From Octopus sinensis (Eukaryota): a DNA stretch of 64,000 nucleotides. Below the pieces are notes generated by a model, which worked only from the letters and a program-made list of their open reading frames with translations, was not told where the DNA came from and searched no databases. The stretch is from NCBI RefSeq assembly GCF_006345805.1, contig NC_043004.1, positions 103,850,001 to 103,914,000 on the forward strand, written 5' to 3'. Position numbers and translations under genes: made by a program. This document shows, piece after piece, positions 29,679 to 43,999 of this stretch. How positions within the stretch are numbered: the stretch's first letter is position 1; the number at the start of each line of letters is the position of its first letter.

Positions 29679-30274
29679 CGATCTTCTTTCAGTTTCCGCC
29701 TATTAAATTTATTCACAAGCCGTTGGTCAACACAGACTTTTAATAGATGACATTTTGCCCCAGTTTCCACGCAGTGTGACCGAGCTCAAAACCAGACTTC
29801 TTACTACAAACCCATGAATCACTCTTCATTTTTTTAAAGGGCATTGGCTGCTTTTTCTAGCATGTCGAGCTGTTACGTAAAGTACCCTCTCGTTGATTCG
29901 TAGTATTGTTTTTTCTGGGATTGTTGCCGCTGTTGATTCTGTTCTTGTTGTTTTATTTGTTGTTTCAGACCCAAGTCTACTCTGACAGTGGAGACCTGTG
30001 ACCAAAGACATTCCAGCTGTGACCTTCCCATCATTTCCTATATCAAAGATTACATCGGTCAAAGTATACTCTCCCTTTTTACGATGTTGAAATCCGGCCA
30101 TAATGATAATAATTACGATGCTTCAGCGTAATTTGAGAGCATCTTGGCTACTGTTTCTAACAGTCCGACAGATCACATCGAAGGATTCCTCGCTGGGTGT
30201 TGTACCTGGTAAAGGTAGGTGACGGCGATGGTGGTCTAATGGCTTACAACGTCTGGTTGACTGGGCACTCTCTC

Positions 30275-30469
30275 TTTACTTGTTTCAGTGATTTGACTGC
30301 GGCCGTGCTGGAGCACCGCCTTTTAGTCGAGCAAATCGACCCTGGGACTTATTCTTTGTAAGCTCAGTACTTATTCTATCGGTCTCTTTTGCCGAACAGC
30401 TAAATGACGGGGACATAAACACACCAGCATCGGTTGTCAAGCAATACTAGGGGAACAAACACACACACA

Positions 30470-30532
<63 letters not shown>

Positions 30533-30703
30533 CATATATACGACGGGCTTCTTTGAGTTTCCGTCTACCAAATCCACTCACAAGGCTTTGGTGGGCCCGA
30601 GACTATAGTAGAAGATACTTGCCCAAGGTGCCACGCCGTGGGACTGAACCCGGAACCATGTAGTTGGTAAGCAAGGTACTTATCACACAGCCACTTCTGC
30701 GCT
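30275..30703 (-). mobile_element. Composite SINE: family B tRNA head, internal (TA)/(TG)n, conserved tail
   Basis: Tail about 30275-30460, (CA)n(TA)n 30458-30540, head 30541-30703. Confidence 0.85.
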
Positions 30704-32080
30704 TATTATATCTGAAGTTCATGTAAATATAATAAGCAAATACAGAGAATCTTGCCTTTCACAATATAGAAAGATTTCTCATGGCACCAGCAGACAAAAT
30801 GGAGAAGACCTTGCTGAGGAGGATAAGGAGGGGGGTGTACTGGAACAGCCACCCTGACTCACGGGGCTCAAACTTACAGACAGCAATCTCTGCTCAAATA
30901 GCGGTGAGCAGGATTAAGGTCCGAGGATCAACAACGCCGGCTGGTTGTTTGTTTGTTTGGTTGTTTGTTTGGCTGGTTGTCGGCTGGCTGGTTGACTGAT
31001 TTGCTGGTTGGTCGGTCGGTTGCCTAATTGATCTGCTGGTTGACTGGTTTGCTGGCTGGTCAGTCGGCTGGTCGTAAGTTAGTCGACTGGCTGGTTGATT
31101 GTTTGGTAGATCAATCGGTGGGTCGGCTTGATGGTCGGTCGCTTGGTTGGCTGGCTGGCTGGTTGGCTGACTGATTCATAAATAAGTCGGTCGTCTGACT
31201 GACTGGCTGGTTCTTTGGTCGGTTGATCGGTGGGTCGGCTGGTTAGATGTTCTGTTGGCTGGCTGGTCGGCTGGTTGGTGGATATAATCTATTTGACAGC
31301 ACTTCCGTTCCTTCATATCCTTTACCAGTTCTGCTTCGGTGTGTAAAAATGCCTTATCAATTAGTCCACAGTCGTATCCGACTTGTTTTCAATTCCTCTC
31401 TCACAAGGGTAGCAGATTTTATTCCCTTTCCCCACCCAAACCCCACCTCCACCCTCAACACGCTACACCGATAAACATTCTATAATTGCTTCTAGAATAC
31501 ACCATACTATTTTCAAGAAATCAAACTTTGTCTTTTAATCTTTAAAATCAACGTTTACAATATCTCGAAGTTTTCTTCGTATTCCACTCTCCTCTCCCTC
31601 ATCCTCTTCCTCTGCACATCTTCCTCTCCTTCTTCCTCACATTCCACCTCTTACTTCTCGCTTTTGATTTGACTTTTCTTCTACAATTTCTTTGCTTTCT
31701 TTCTTTCTTTCCTTCTTTCTTTCTTTTCTTTCTCTTTCTTTCGTCTTCTTCTTCTTCTTCTGTTTTTCTTTTCTTTTTCTCCTCCTCCTCCTCTTCCTTC
31801 TTCTCGTCTTCATCCTCGTCCCCCCTTCTCATCGTCCTCCTCTTCGTTCTATATTTTCAATTTCTTCCTTTATCTGTTCTTCCTCCACCCTCCCCCTACT
31901 GTTTTAAACCGATTTCAACACTCATTCTCCTCTCCCTCATCTTCTTTCCATCCGAGAAATACCTTCTTTATTCACAACTTTCCAAAAACAGCAGCAGCAG
32001 CAACAACAACAACAACAACAATCATAGATTTAATGACTAATTAAATTGATGTCTTTAAGTTGAAACAGAATGCTTAGCGT

Positions 32081-32140
32081 GTCTCTCCGTGTCTCTCCGT
32101 GTCTCTTCGAGTCTATTCGTGTCTCTTCGTGTCTCTCCGT
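32081..32140. repeat. 10-bp minisatellite (GTCTCTCCGT) x6
   Basis: Six in-register 10-mers with point variants. Confidence 0.9.
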
Positions 32141-32294
32141 ATACGCCGTACAATAGGCTTAAATCATTACACCGCCATTTCTAATTCTTTAACTAGCATT
32201 GAAAAGCGATATGTCTAATCCAATTAGTAGCCAAACATTTGGGATTACGTTTACATGAAGAACCACAGAATCTTTAATCTGTGGCCACCTTCCT

Positions 32295-32405
32295 CTTCTT
32301 CTTCTTCTTCTTCTTCTTCTTCTTCTTCTTCTTCTTCTTCTTCTTCTTCTTCTTCTTCTTCTTCTTCTTCTTCTTCTTCTTCTTCTTCTTCTTCTTCTTC
32401 TTCTT
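32295..32405. repeat. (CTT)n microsatellite
   Basis: Direct reading. Confidence 0.95.
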
Positions 32406-32583
32406 CTCTTCTCCATTGCTAGCATTTTCTTCCAATTGAATGAATGTCTTTCCTGTTGTTTATTGTGTCAATTTGACATGATGAGGGAACAACAACAACA
32501 GCAACAACAACAACAACGAAACAATAATAATGATAACCATACAACCACACTTTAACATATTTATATGCGCGAGTGTCTCTGTC

Positions 32584-32658
<75 letters not shown>

Positions 32659-33310
32659 GTCTATCTATCTATCTATCCATCTATCTATCTATCTGTCTGT
32701 CTGTCTGTCTGTCTATATATGTGTGTGTGTGTGTGTACATACACACACGTATGCATATATATAAATACACACACACACACACGCGCGTGTGTGTGTGTGA
32801 ACGCGTGTTTATACATGTATTCAAACCTAATAGCTAATTTTTCACGTTTCTTTGTAGACAGTAATGTTTCTCTAATTTCTTGCTGTAGATGTGCGCAGAA
32901 ATCTGTTTCGGTGCAAATTTTGTCTTTCTTAGCAAAACATGTACGTATTCTTATAAATAACCATCTCTCAAATGATACATTGAATGCTTAACCAAACAGC
33001 ATACCATTTTTAAATGAGTATCATTTAAGATTTTGTTATGAAATTATACAAAATTATACAATAAATTTTCATCTTCGAAACTTCAATGCGCACATCCTGT
33101 TACTTCGTTCGCTCATCGTAAAACACGTCCGCGCACACAAGTGCACAGCTTGGAGGGAAAAGCAGTTGTAGTCATGAGTTTTTGTTTTTACTTATTGTCA
33201 CATACGCAGAAATTTTATATATTACTCTTTTGCTCTTTTACTTGTTTCAGTCATTTGACTGTGGTCATGCTGGGGCACCGCCTTTAGTCGAGCAAATCGA
33301 TCCCAGGACT

Positions 33311-33369
<59 letters not shown>

Positions 33370-33943
33370 ATGTATGTATGTATGTATGTATGTATGTAGA
33401 GAGAAAATGAGAGAGTCACACAGACAAACACAAACAGACTGACAGAGAGAGAAAAAGACAGACAGACAGGTAGCAAACGAAAGATAATTTCCTTTCGCAC
33501 CAACCGACTCGTTTTGTCATAGATGCTATATTTTTCTTCAACGATAACCGATGATACCACTCCAAATATATGTATTGGTAGGAAAAAATTTCTGCGTATG
33601 TGACCAATGGGTAAATGTCATACACGCTTTATTTCATATTATATTTCATTTCATTTTTGTGAGTTTTTTGCTTTTGTTTGAATCTGTTCTCTAATATTCA
33701 TATATTATTCATAATGCACTTTGGAAATTTTTATGATTCGAAATAGACGTTGAAGAACAATATTTCCAACACGTGTCTAACCTTTTCTCTATGTGCATGT
33801 TGTATGAGCATATATATATATATATATATATATAATTTTAAAATAGGATAAAATCTTTATAAAATGTATCAAGTAGTTAGCATGAAAAACTACATAAGGG
33901 AAAATTATTAATTATTCCCTTTAAATATATTTGTTTATATAAA

Positions 33944-34260
33944 GAGCATTACTATACATAAATACCTCACGGTTGAAGGGACTCTTACAGTCAAAACTAC
34001 CATAATAAACATATTGTACCGAACGCAAGGAAATGTAACTCTCGAAGCGAGTCTTTTTTTAATAGATTCAGCCGCAGATCATATGATTTCATAATTAGAG
34101 CACGAAAATGCACTTTTTAATCGTCAGTGCAGGCTTAATCAAGACACATAAACATGAACAAAAAAGTCAACATACCAGACGAACATCAAATGTGTTTGTT
34201 ATGGTAGTTTTGACTTTAAGAGTCCCTCCTAGCGTGAAGCATTTATGTATATTAATGCTC
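33944..34260. mobile_element. Foldback/MITE-like element with about 68-bp imperfect TIRs
   Basis: 33944-34011 is the reverse complement of 34193-34260 (about 85% identical by eye), in TA-rich flanks. Confidence 0.65.
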
Positions 34261-34323
34261 TTAATATATATATATATACATATATATATATACATATATA
34301 TATATACATATATATATATATAT

Positions 34324-34387
<64 letters not shown>

Positions 34388-34397
34388 CATATACTAT

Positions 34398-34440
<43 letters not shown>

Positions 34441-34454
34441 TACATAATATAAAT

Positions 34455-34497
<43 letters not shown>

Positions 34498-34503
34498 ATA
34501 TAT

Positions 34504-34550
<47 letters not shown>

Positions 34551-35136
34551 ATATACATATATATATATATATATATATTAATATAACTACTAATATACTA
34601 GTATATTATATATATATAATATATATCATATATATATATATATATATATATAGAAACTTCTGTACTTTCTACGGTCTGCTCGAAGCTTACTAACTTCCTT
34701 TACACCTTGATCCTTATCTTACTTTCACATACAATTATATATATATATCAGTGCTATAATGTTAAACTGTCAAAATTTGGCCAAATGCGTTTTGCCTTTT
34801 TTTATCAATATTTAAGTTTGCTTGCTATAGCCGGTTCTTTTTGGTTAAACTATTACTTCCAGCTGTTTCAGAGGAAAATTGTGAAAATGTATTACAACTG
34901 TTCAGCGTTTTTCAAAAGTGTACAAAGTTCCACATACGACAATTTTGCAAAAATATTTCTGACTGAAAATGTCATACATGCATGAAGTTACGATTTTATG
35001 CAACCAACAAAGTATTATTGTTAAGCTGAAACTGTTGCTAATGTAAAGAGAAATGGAATGGTGAAAATATTTTTGTTTTCGTTTGCTGAAAAAAACCCCA
35101 ACGATTTAGACTTACGACACTTTTGCATAAAAGCAA

Positions 35137-35168
<32 letters not shown>

Positions 35169-35172
<4 letters not shown>

Positions 35173-35419
35173 CTTTACTACCCACAAGGGGCTAAACACA
35201 GAGGGGACAAACAATGACAGACAAAGGGATTTAGTCGATTACATCGACCCCAGTGCGTAACTGGTACTTGATTTATCGACCCCGAAAGGATGAAAGGCAA
35301 AGTCGACCTCGCCGGAATTTGAACTCAGAACGTAACGACAGACGAAATACGGCTACGCATTTCACCCGGCGTGCTAACGTTTCTGCCAGCTCGCCGCCTT
35401 ATATATATATATATAGTGT
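35169..35419 (-). mobile_element. Full-length young family A SINE
   Basis: Near-identical to 8169-8402. Confidence 0.9.
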
Positions 35420-35704
35420 GGTTAGTCCACATAACTGAGTAAGAAGCGTAGGGCTGCTTTCCTGGTTTCTCTGGCATATTCCTTCCTGAATGAGATGCTG
35501 CTCAGTCACATGATTACTCATTTTTTACCAACTGAGTGGTATGCAGCATCGAGAAATGAAGTGTTTTGCTCAAGAACATAAATGCATCAAAGCACCAAGG
35601 AATCGAAACCACAATTTTACGATCATGAATGCAACACGCTAACCACTGAGTCATTCCACTTCATATGTGTGTATGCCCGTGCGTGTACATATGTACGGAC
35701 ATAT

Positions 35705-36122
35705 ATACTCTTACTCTTTTACTCTTTTACTTGTTTCAGTCATTTCACTGCGGTCATGCTGGAGCACCGCCTTTTTTTTTTAATCGAGCAACTCGACCCC
35801 GGGACTTATTCTTTTGTAAGCCCAGTACTTATTCTATCGGTCTCTTTTGCCGAACCACTAAGTAACGGGGACATAAACACACCAGCATCGGTTGTCAAGC
35901 AATGCTAGGGGGACAAACACAGACACACAAACACACCCACGCATATATATATATATATATACATATATACGACGGGCTTCTTTCAGTTTCCGTCTACCAA
36001 ATCCACTCACAAGGCTTTGGTCGGCCCGAGGCTATAGTAGAAGACACTTGCCCAAGGTGCCACACAGTGGGACTAAACCCGGAACCATGTGGTTGGTAAA
36101 CAAGCTACTTACCACACAGCCG
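35705..36122 (-). mobile_element. Composite family B SINE with internal microsatellite
   Basis: Same three-part layout as 30275-30703. Confidence 0.88.
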
Positions 36123-36145
36123 TATATATCAATAAAATAAATGTG

Positions 36146-36391
36146 CCCTTTTAAAGCCTAGCCAGGCTCATGGGCCCGTTTTCCCGGTTTCTATGGCGTA
36201 TGTGTTCCCCAGCTGGACGGGACGCCAGTCCATCGCAGCGTTATCATTTTTACCATTGAGCGAGGTGGATGGAGCAACATGAAATGAAGTGTTTTGCTCA
36301 AGAACACAACGCGTCGCCCGGTCCAGGAATCGAAACCACAATCTTACGATCATGATGCTGACACCCTAACCACTAAGCTACGCGCCTCCAC
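36146..36391 (-). mobile_element. Full-length tRNA-derived SINE, family D
   Basis: A-box-like TAGCTTAGTGG, B-box GTTTCGATTCC, conserved body. Confidence 0.85.
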
Positions 36392-37073
36392 ATAAGTATA
36401 TATGCATAAACATTTATCTATCTGTCATCTTCTCTTTCAGTCACTTTTACTCGCTCTCCCCCCACCTCTCTCTCTCTCTCTCTCTGCTTTGATCCTGTTC
36501 CTCCTCCCCACTTCCACCACACTCATTGACTATCTTTTTTTACATTTCTTCCTAACTATATTTTCAGCTACTACACACACATATACACACACACACACAC
36601 ATACACACACACACATACACACACATAAACATACTTGTTTACTTTTTAATATTTTCTATTTTCTACTTTCTCTTCTTTTCTTTCTGTAATTTTCCATCAC
36701 TTCCTACCCCAACCTTTCCCAATCCCTTCCCCCCACCAACCTGGCTCCCACCAGAAATTCCCCGTCTCACACTCCCTTCCCTACCAGGGCCCCTGCTCCC
36801 AAATTTCCCATCACCCATTTGTCATACCCCATACCCCATACCCTTCCCCCATCTGGTTCTTACCTCCACCTTGTTGTCTGCTGAAATCTGCAATCCGTCA
36901 AATAAGCAGGAATGAAATTAGTTGACAAGTGAAACATTTCCGAAGACTAGAAAAGTCGATTAGAGGAAAATCTCAGTAAAACATGATGAGTTTTTCGCTA
37001 AGTTTTTAAAGTTACATCTGAAATGAAGTGTCATTCTTGATAGTCAAGCGCACCGCAAAAATCTGATTTGAAA

Positions 37074-37105
<32 letters not shown>

Positions 37106-37119
37106 AAATAGTTCAACTC

Positions 37120-37770
37120 TTTTACTCTTTTACTTGCTTCAGTCATTTGGCTGCGGCTATGCTGGAGCACCGCCTTTAAGTCGAGCAAATCAATCCCAGG
37201 ACTTATTCTTTGTAAGCCTAGTACTTATTCTTTGTAAGCCTAGTACTTATTCTATCGGTATTTTTTTGTCGAACCGCTAAGTTACGGGGACGTAAACACA
37301 CCTGCATCGGTTGTCAAGTGATGTGGTGGGGTGACAAACATACACACACACATATGTATATATATATATATATAGTGTAATAAATAAAATATATGCATAC
37401 ATACATACATATATGTACGTACCTACATCTACATGTATATATACATGCATATATAAATATATATACGCGTGTACAGGACACCACAAATAGACGTAGAACT
37501 CAACGAGAAACGAAAACGTAAAAACAGCATGGAACGGAGCATTTTTTTAACAACGAAGAAACAGAGTACAAGACAACTACACAGGAAAAATCCCCTTCAT
37601 CAGCCGGACGGGTTTCTTTCAGTTTCCGTCTACCAAATCCACCCACAAAGCTTTGGTCGGCCCGAGCCTATATTAGAAGACACTTGCCCAAGGTGACACG
37701 CAGTGGGGCTGAACCAGGAACCATGTGGTTCGTAAGCAAGCTACTTACCACACAGCCACTCCTACGCCTA
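37120..37770 (-). mobile_element. Composite family B SINE with a nested insertion at 37471-37603
   Basis: Tail 37120-37340, microsatellite, copy 3 of the 4441/5597 repeat, then the head 37607-37770. Confidence 0.8.
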
Positions 37771-38029
37771 TAAATAAATAAACTAAGTAAAATGATCTGT
37801 GAAACGGTTCCAGCGAAGGATTGAAACCGATACTCACACCACTGGCTTATTGAATAGAACATGATAAAACAACAAAGAAGAGAAGTCTCTACGTGGCTGT
37901 TTGATCTCGATCTGCTGGAAACAGCTCCTATTTCCTCCCCTCAAATCACAACTAATGTCTTGAATAAGAGAGAAAAAAAGAAAATGTCATAGATCACTCT
38001 CAAGCAGTAGTAGTAGTAGTAGTAGTAGT

Positions 38030-38061
<32 letters not shown>

Positions 38062-38235
38062 GGTGGTTTCAAATTTTGGCTCGGGGTCAGCAAGTTCAGG
38101 TGAGGGAGCAAGGCGATGGCATCGACCACATTCCTTGACTAGTACTTACCTAATCGACCCCGGAAGGACGAAAGTTTAAAGTTGAGCTGGGTGGAATTTG
38201 AACTCAATAATAATAATATTGATGATAAAAATTCA

Positions 38236-38274
<39 letters not shown>

Positions 38275-38284
38275 AATATAATAA

Positions 38285-38824
38285 ATGCCCTGATGCAGTA
38301 CCAGGCAGCGGCTCTCATGGCTTCTGATCTTAACTGATTGGAAGTGTTATTATGTACATTGTTTTGTCTTGGTATAAAAGATGGGCTACAGCAAATATTC
38401 TGCTCAATACCACACATTTGCTTGTCAGTTGTTTGACCTTAACCAGTAGAGCATGTCCCTTAGTGGCTGACGATATGTGTACCTCTGATCATGAGCAGAA
38501 GTAGTGGGGGAGCATCATAGCCATATGTTGAGAGGGATTCTTTGGGATTTGAATAATTCACCTCTGGAAACATGGGTGTTTCATTCAACATCCTTAAACA
38601 ATCCTTATTTAGGGACCTTTTGAGCGGGATGGGCTACTTGACCAGAAGAAAATTCTAACTGGGTCCCACCTGCAAGGTCATGTGCTGTTTATCTTGATAT
38701 GAGATCACCATGTCGCGCACATATGGTTGTGATGCATGTGCCTGGTGTACCCTTATCAGACGGATAGTCATGATGGGTATATTACCTCAGAGTCACTTTG
38801 ATGGCATGAACTGCTCTCTCACTC
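38285..38824. mobile_element. About 550-bp (AAT)n-embedded element, copy 2
   Basis: Same termini as 21992-22543, (AAT)n flanks, independent small deletions. Confidence 0.85.
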
Positions 38825-38837
38825 AATAATAATAAAA

Positions 38838-39190
38838 TCCTTTCTATACTATAGGCACAAGGCCTGAAATTCGGGGGAGGAGAATAGTCGATTACATCGA
38901 CGTGAAAGGATGAAAGTTGAAAGTCGACCTCGGCGGTATTTGAACCCAGAACGTAAAGACGGACAAATGCCGCTAAGCAATTTCCTGGTGAGCTAAAGAT
39001 TCTGTTAATAATAATCCTTTCTAATATAGAACAAGACCTGAAAATTGGCGGGGGGGGGGGGGGGGCGTCGATTATAGTGACCTAGAAAAGATGAAAGGCA
39101 AAGGTGACCTCGTCAGCATTTGAGCTCAGAACGTAAAGTGCTGGAGAAATGCCGCCGCGAAGCATTTGTTCGACAGGTCAACGATTCGCA
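38838..39190 (-). mobile_element. Two tandem family A SINE variants
   Basis: Copies at about 38838-39006 and 39008-39190, each starting AATAATCCTTTCTA on the + strand. Confidence 0.75.
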
Positions 39191-39207
39191 GTGATGATGA
39201 TGATGAC

Positions 39208-39255
<48 letters not shown>

Positions 39256-39534
39256 GGTGGCGGCGTGGTGGTAGTGGTGGTGTGGCGACGACGACGACGA
39301 TGATGATGGCGATGATGAATGATGGTGGTGGTGTGATGATGATGATGATAATGAAGATTTCTTTATCCAATCTCTACAGATTTACAATAAATGGTCGAGG
39401 TCGTTAGAGGACGTAACATGGGATACTTGAAACGCGTGAAGAGAACTATAACAGTAACAACGAATTTGTCAAGGAATTATTTCACCAAAGAGGGAGAGAC
39501 TTCCGAGTGCTAATTCCGGAAACACACCCAAAAG

Positions 39535-39634
39535 NNNNNNNNNNNNNNNNNNNNNNNNNNNNNNNNNNNNNNNNNNNNNNNNNNNNNNNNNNNNNNNNNN
39601 NNNNNNNNNNNNNNNNNNNNNNNNNNNNNNNNNN
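39535..39634. other. Scaffold gap (100 N)
   Basis: Direct reading. Confidence 0.99.
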
Positions 39635-39974
39635 TAGTTCCTTGCATAAGGTGTTTCTCTGTTGGCGCGAAAGAAAGAAGAAAGAACGAAATTGGTTACT
39701 GTGTGTTGGAAAGATGGATGTAAATCGGTGAACTATGGAAAATAATGAGTTTATCTCTCTCGAACAGTGTCTAACCCGAGAAGGTTAACTTAAACAACAG
39801 AAATTAACTAGATGTCTTAGATGGACGCTCATAAAACTTCATTGGGGACAGGCTTGTTGGCCCAGTTAGGGTGTCTGAAGAGGTTAAAAATGACGGCAAC
39901 CACCGACTGTAATTCTGAAGGAGGGCTTGCATCCCTGGCTAGATGACATACCGCTGTCACTTCTAAGGAATTTC

Positions 39975-40305
39975 GTATTCATGCATGATAACGCTCCCTC
40001 CCACTCTACTGGGTCCACCCAAACATTCCTAGGGTTCTTACGGCATATATTAGTGAAATATTGATAGTGTGGTCGCTAGCATCTCCTGATCTCAACTCTA
40101 TTGAAAATCTTTGAGTCCATCATTAAACAAGATGTTTATGCCTATGGACGCAATTGTACATCGAAAAGCCTATCTTATGGGCGACCATCAAAGCGCAGTG
40201 CAAGTAGAGGCACTTCAAACCTTCTACTATTAAGGAATTGACAGATGTATGACTATAGGGTTTTTGAAGTTATCCGTCGAAATGGCCCTCATGTGGCTAA
40301 ATAAT
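39975..40305 (+). mobile_element. Tc1-superfamily transposase C-terminal remnant, TRT/DD37E-like
   Basis: FMHDNAPSH...LIVWSLASPDLNSIENL*SIIKQDVY; 113 nt between the D and E codons (37 codons + 2 nt). Confidence 0.65.
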
Positions 40306-43300
40306 TCATCATGTCAATAAATTTTATAATATGATTATGATTTTCTGTTAAATATATACTCAATGTATGCTTAATATGTATCAGTGTACTTCATTTTCTG
40401 AAAAAAGAAGTCTAAATGAGCTATTTTCATTCAAAAGTTATGAGATTGGTTCACCCAAAAACTGAAGAATCTGAAATAAAAAAGAAAGAACGTTACACAG
40501 AATAAGGAAAACATGATAATGGTGATGCCATAGTGTGCAAACCAGCTGGGAAAAGTTTTATCATAATCGATTTATAGAAAACCGAGAAATCCTAAATTTC
40601 ACTCTAAAGCTATTAGCGTTGTTCTGGGTGTATATATGACGGGTTTTATTCTATTTCTGTCTACCAAATCCGAGGCTATAGTAGAAGACACTTTCCAAAG
40701 GTTCTACGGAAAGGTGCTGAACCCCGAACCATGTGGTTGGGAAGCAAGCTTACTACACAGCCACGCTTGCGTCTCTCTCTCCCTATATACATATATATAT
40801 ATGTGTATGTATACATACGCACACACAAAACATACTTTACACACACACACACACACCAGACATACATACACAACATACACACCACACATACATACGCACA
40901 TACATACACACACACTCACACACACCACACCGCACCCGTACATACTTCACCCACACACATGCAAAACATACATGTAGGCACATACATGCATACATGCCCA
41001 CAATGCACACCCTACACTGAATGCACACAACATACATACCTTTTTGCATCCAGGCAGCCCCCCTCTTTCTGCTTTCGGTTTTGGCTGATGGATCTCGGTT
41101 CCCGCGTAGCGCGGGGCGTTCGAGGGCCTTTGCGCTTCGCGCGCTTGGCGCGCGCTGGGGGCTTGGTCGGCCCCTTGGGCTTGCGTTGTACTGCTTGTGC
41201 GTTGGGTGCGTGAGCGCGCTTTGTGCGTGTGGGCTTGCTTCGGATGTGCGCGTACGTATGTATGATACATACCCACACACCGCATGATCCCTACCCACAT
41301 ACATACACGCACACTTACTCACAAACACACATACACACACATACCTGCACACACACACACATACATACTGACACATACATACCTACTTAGGACATACACA
41401 CACACAGACATCACCCATACACCTCAACTCACGCATACACACACACACATACACACGCACACGTACAATACACACACACACACACCTACATAACATACAT
41501 TACACTTGTATACACACACACTTACATTCATACACAACACACCTACACAGCCATACCCTCACTCAGACACACATCTACCTACACACACACACAAAACACA
41601 CGGGACCACACCCATACATACATACATCTACACACACACGCCTACACACATCCATACACACATACATAAAACACACACATACACATATACACACATACGC
41701 ACAACACAATATACTTATACACATGCACACACACACACACATACATACATACACCCATATAATACATACACACATACCCACATACTCCTATACGCCACAT
41801 ACACACACAAAGACATTACACACTACACACTCACACAAACATACACACACACATACTTACACACACACTCCCTGCACGCGCACACACATGCATGACAAAC
41901 ACCCATACACTCACACTCACATACGCACACACCAACATAAACACGCACACGCACACACACACCACACTCCCAACACATACACACGCACCTACATACACAC
42001 ACGCACGCATACACACGCTACACACATACATTACACACGTACACACACACCCACATACACATGCTACACACACACACACACAAACATGCACGGACACACC
42101 AGACATACACACATAACTATATACACACGCCCACACACCTACATACACACACATATACACACGCCCACACCCTACATACACACACATACATACACACACA
42201 TACACGGACACCCCACACATACTTACATACATACACCTATACACCACACACGCCTACACACACTACATACACACACATGCATACACACACACACACATGT
42301 ACGCACATACACACACATATACGCACATACAATATACCCACACACATGCACACACACACACACATACGCACATGCATGCATGCATGCACACGCGCACACC
42401 TACACGCATACACACACACACACGCACGTACACATACATACATACACACACGCATACATACCACCCATACACATACATGCATCCGACACACAATACATAC
42501 ACACTCACACATACATACACACACACACACTCCTCAACACCTGTATGTACGCGCACACACATGCACATACCACACTTCCCCACACCCACACGTACATACA
42601 TACACACTCACACACATACACACACACACACGACATACATCTATGCACACACATACATACACACATACTCACATACATTCATCGGACACACTGCCACCCA
42701 GACATACACACAGACACACACACACATTCCCACACACATACATACTTACGCGCATACTCGCAGGCACGCGCACATACGCACTTGCGCCGGCTCGCGATGC
42801 ACGCGCCGCATACCCTCGCCTTGGACCTGACGAGACCTCCCGCCGTTCCTGGGACCGTCGCGTGTCGTTGGGTTTTCCCACGCTGTCTCCGCGGGTACCA
42901 CTCTTCCTTCTCCCCTCAGCTGGAAGTCCTTTTTTCCTTAACCCCCCCCCTTTTCGTTACACACAAGCGCACACTTAACACACCTTGCCTATATATATTA
43001 TACATCACTCTTACACACATTCAATCTACTCGCCATTATACCACCCCGACCACTGGACACACACACACACTACTACTCAAACACACGCTGGCACCGCTAC
43101 ATACGCCCCCACCCCTTCCCCTCCTCCCTTCCTCTTCCATTCTTTTTTTACTCTGACCTCCCTCCTCTTCCTTCTTTTCTTAGTACTGACCTCGTCTGCT
43201 AGATAGCTGACCACTAGTCTCGCCCTACATCACACGCCTACACACAGACGCACACATAACACACACATATTTTTTGTTTTTTATCTCGCCTCACACACAC

Positions 43301-43508
43301 ACATACACCACGCACATGCACACACTCACACATACACACACATCTGTTGGGTTACCAACCTTTGTCTCCACTCTTTTGCCTTTAAAAACCCACTTTGCTC
43401 TTGTTATCGTCAACATCGCCTTCACCATGTGCAACTGTAAACACCAGTCGTTCTTTTTCTCTTTCCCTGTTGCGCTCTGGGATCTTCTTTCCTCCTCTTC
43501 CTTCTTAT

Positions 43509-43542
43509 GTTTCCGACGAAGAGCTCGCTCGAAACGTCATAC
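43509..43542 (+). ncRNA. Degenerate minimal hammerhead motif (family H3)
   Basis: GTTT-CCGACGA-A-GAGC(TC)GCTC-GAAAC-GTC-ATAC; homologous context to 50254-50288. Confidence 0.4.
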
Positions 43543-43629
43543 CTCCCTGCTTCCATCTCCTGAGCGCCTATTAATAATAATACTGTAATTGTTCCTGTTG
43601 TTGTTGTTTTTTTGTTTCCCTTTTGGATT

Positions 43630-43674
<45 letters not shown>

Positions 43675-43693
43675 ATATATAGATATATACATA

Positions 43694-43725
<32 letters not shown>

Positions 43726-43743
43726 CATATATATAGTACTACA

Positions 43744-43788
<45 letters not shown>

Positions 43789-43792
43789 AGAT

Positions 43793-43867
<75 letters not shown>

Positions 43868-43999
43868 TAGGTTATGAGAGGTAATGGTGTCATTACCCAA
43901 AGGTGTCAGGTAATGCTGCTATAGATAGACCATAGTTAAGTTCCAGGTTCGGTGATTATGCGAATAAGGGGTTCAACGTTGGTCATATATCAGTGGGTG

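Noticed and set aside
41050-41260. GC-rich island that looked like a CpG island
   Set aside because: It lies in irregular sequence near the gap and partly matches a corrupted family B SINE (GCTTGGTCGGCCC); 42780-42960 similarly resembles a garbled family D SINE. Likely low-quality consensus; raw-read coverage would decide.
41723-43156. 477-aa and overlapping His/Thr-rich ORFs
   Set aside because: Translations of degenerate (CA)n/(CATA)n with no domain content.
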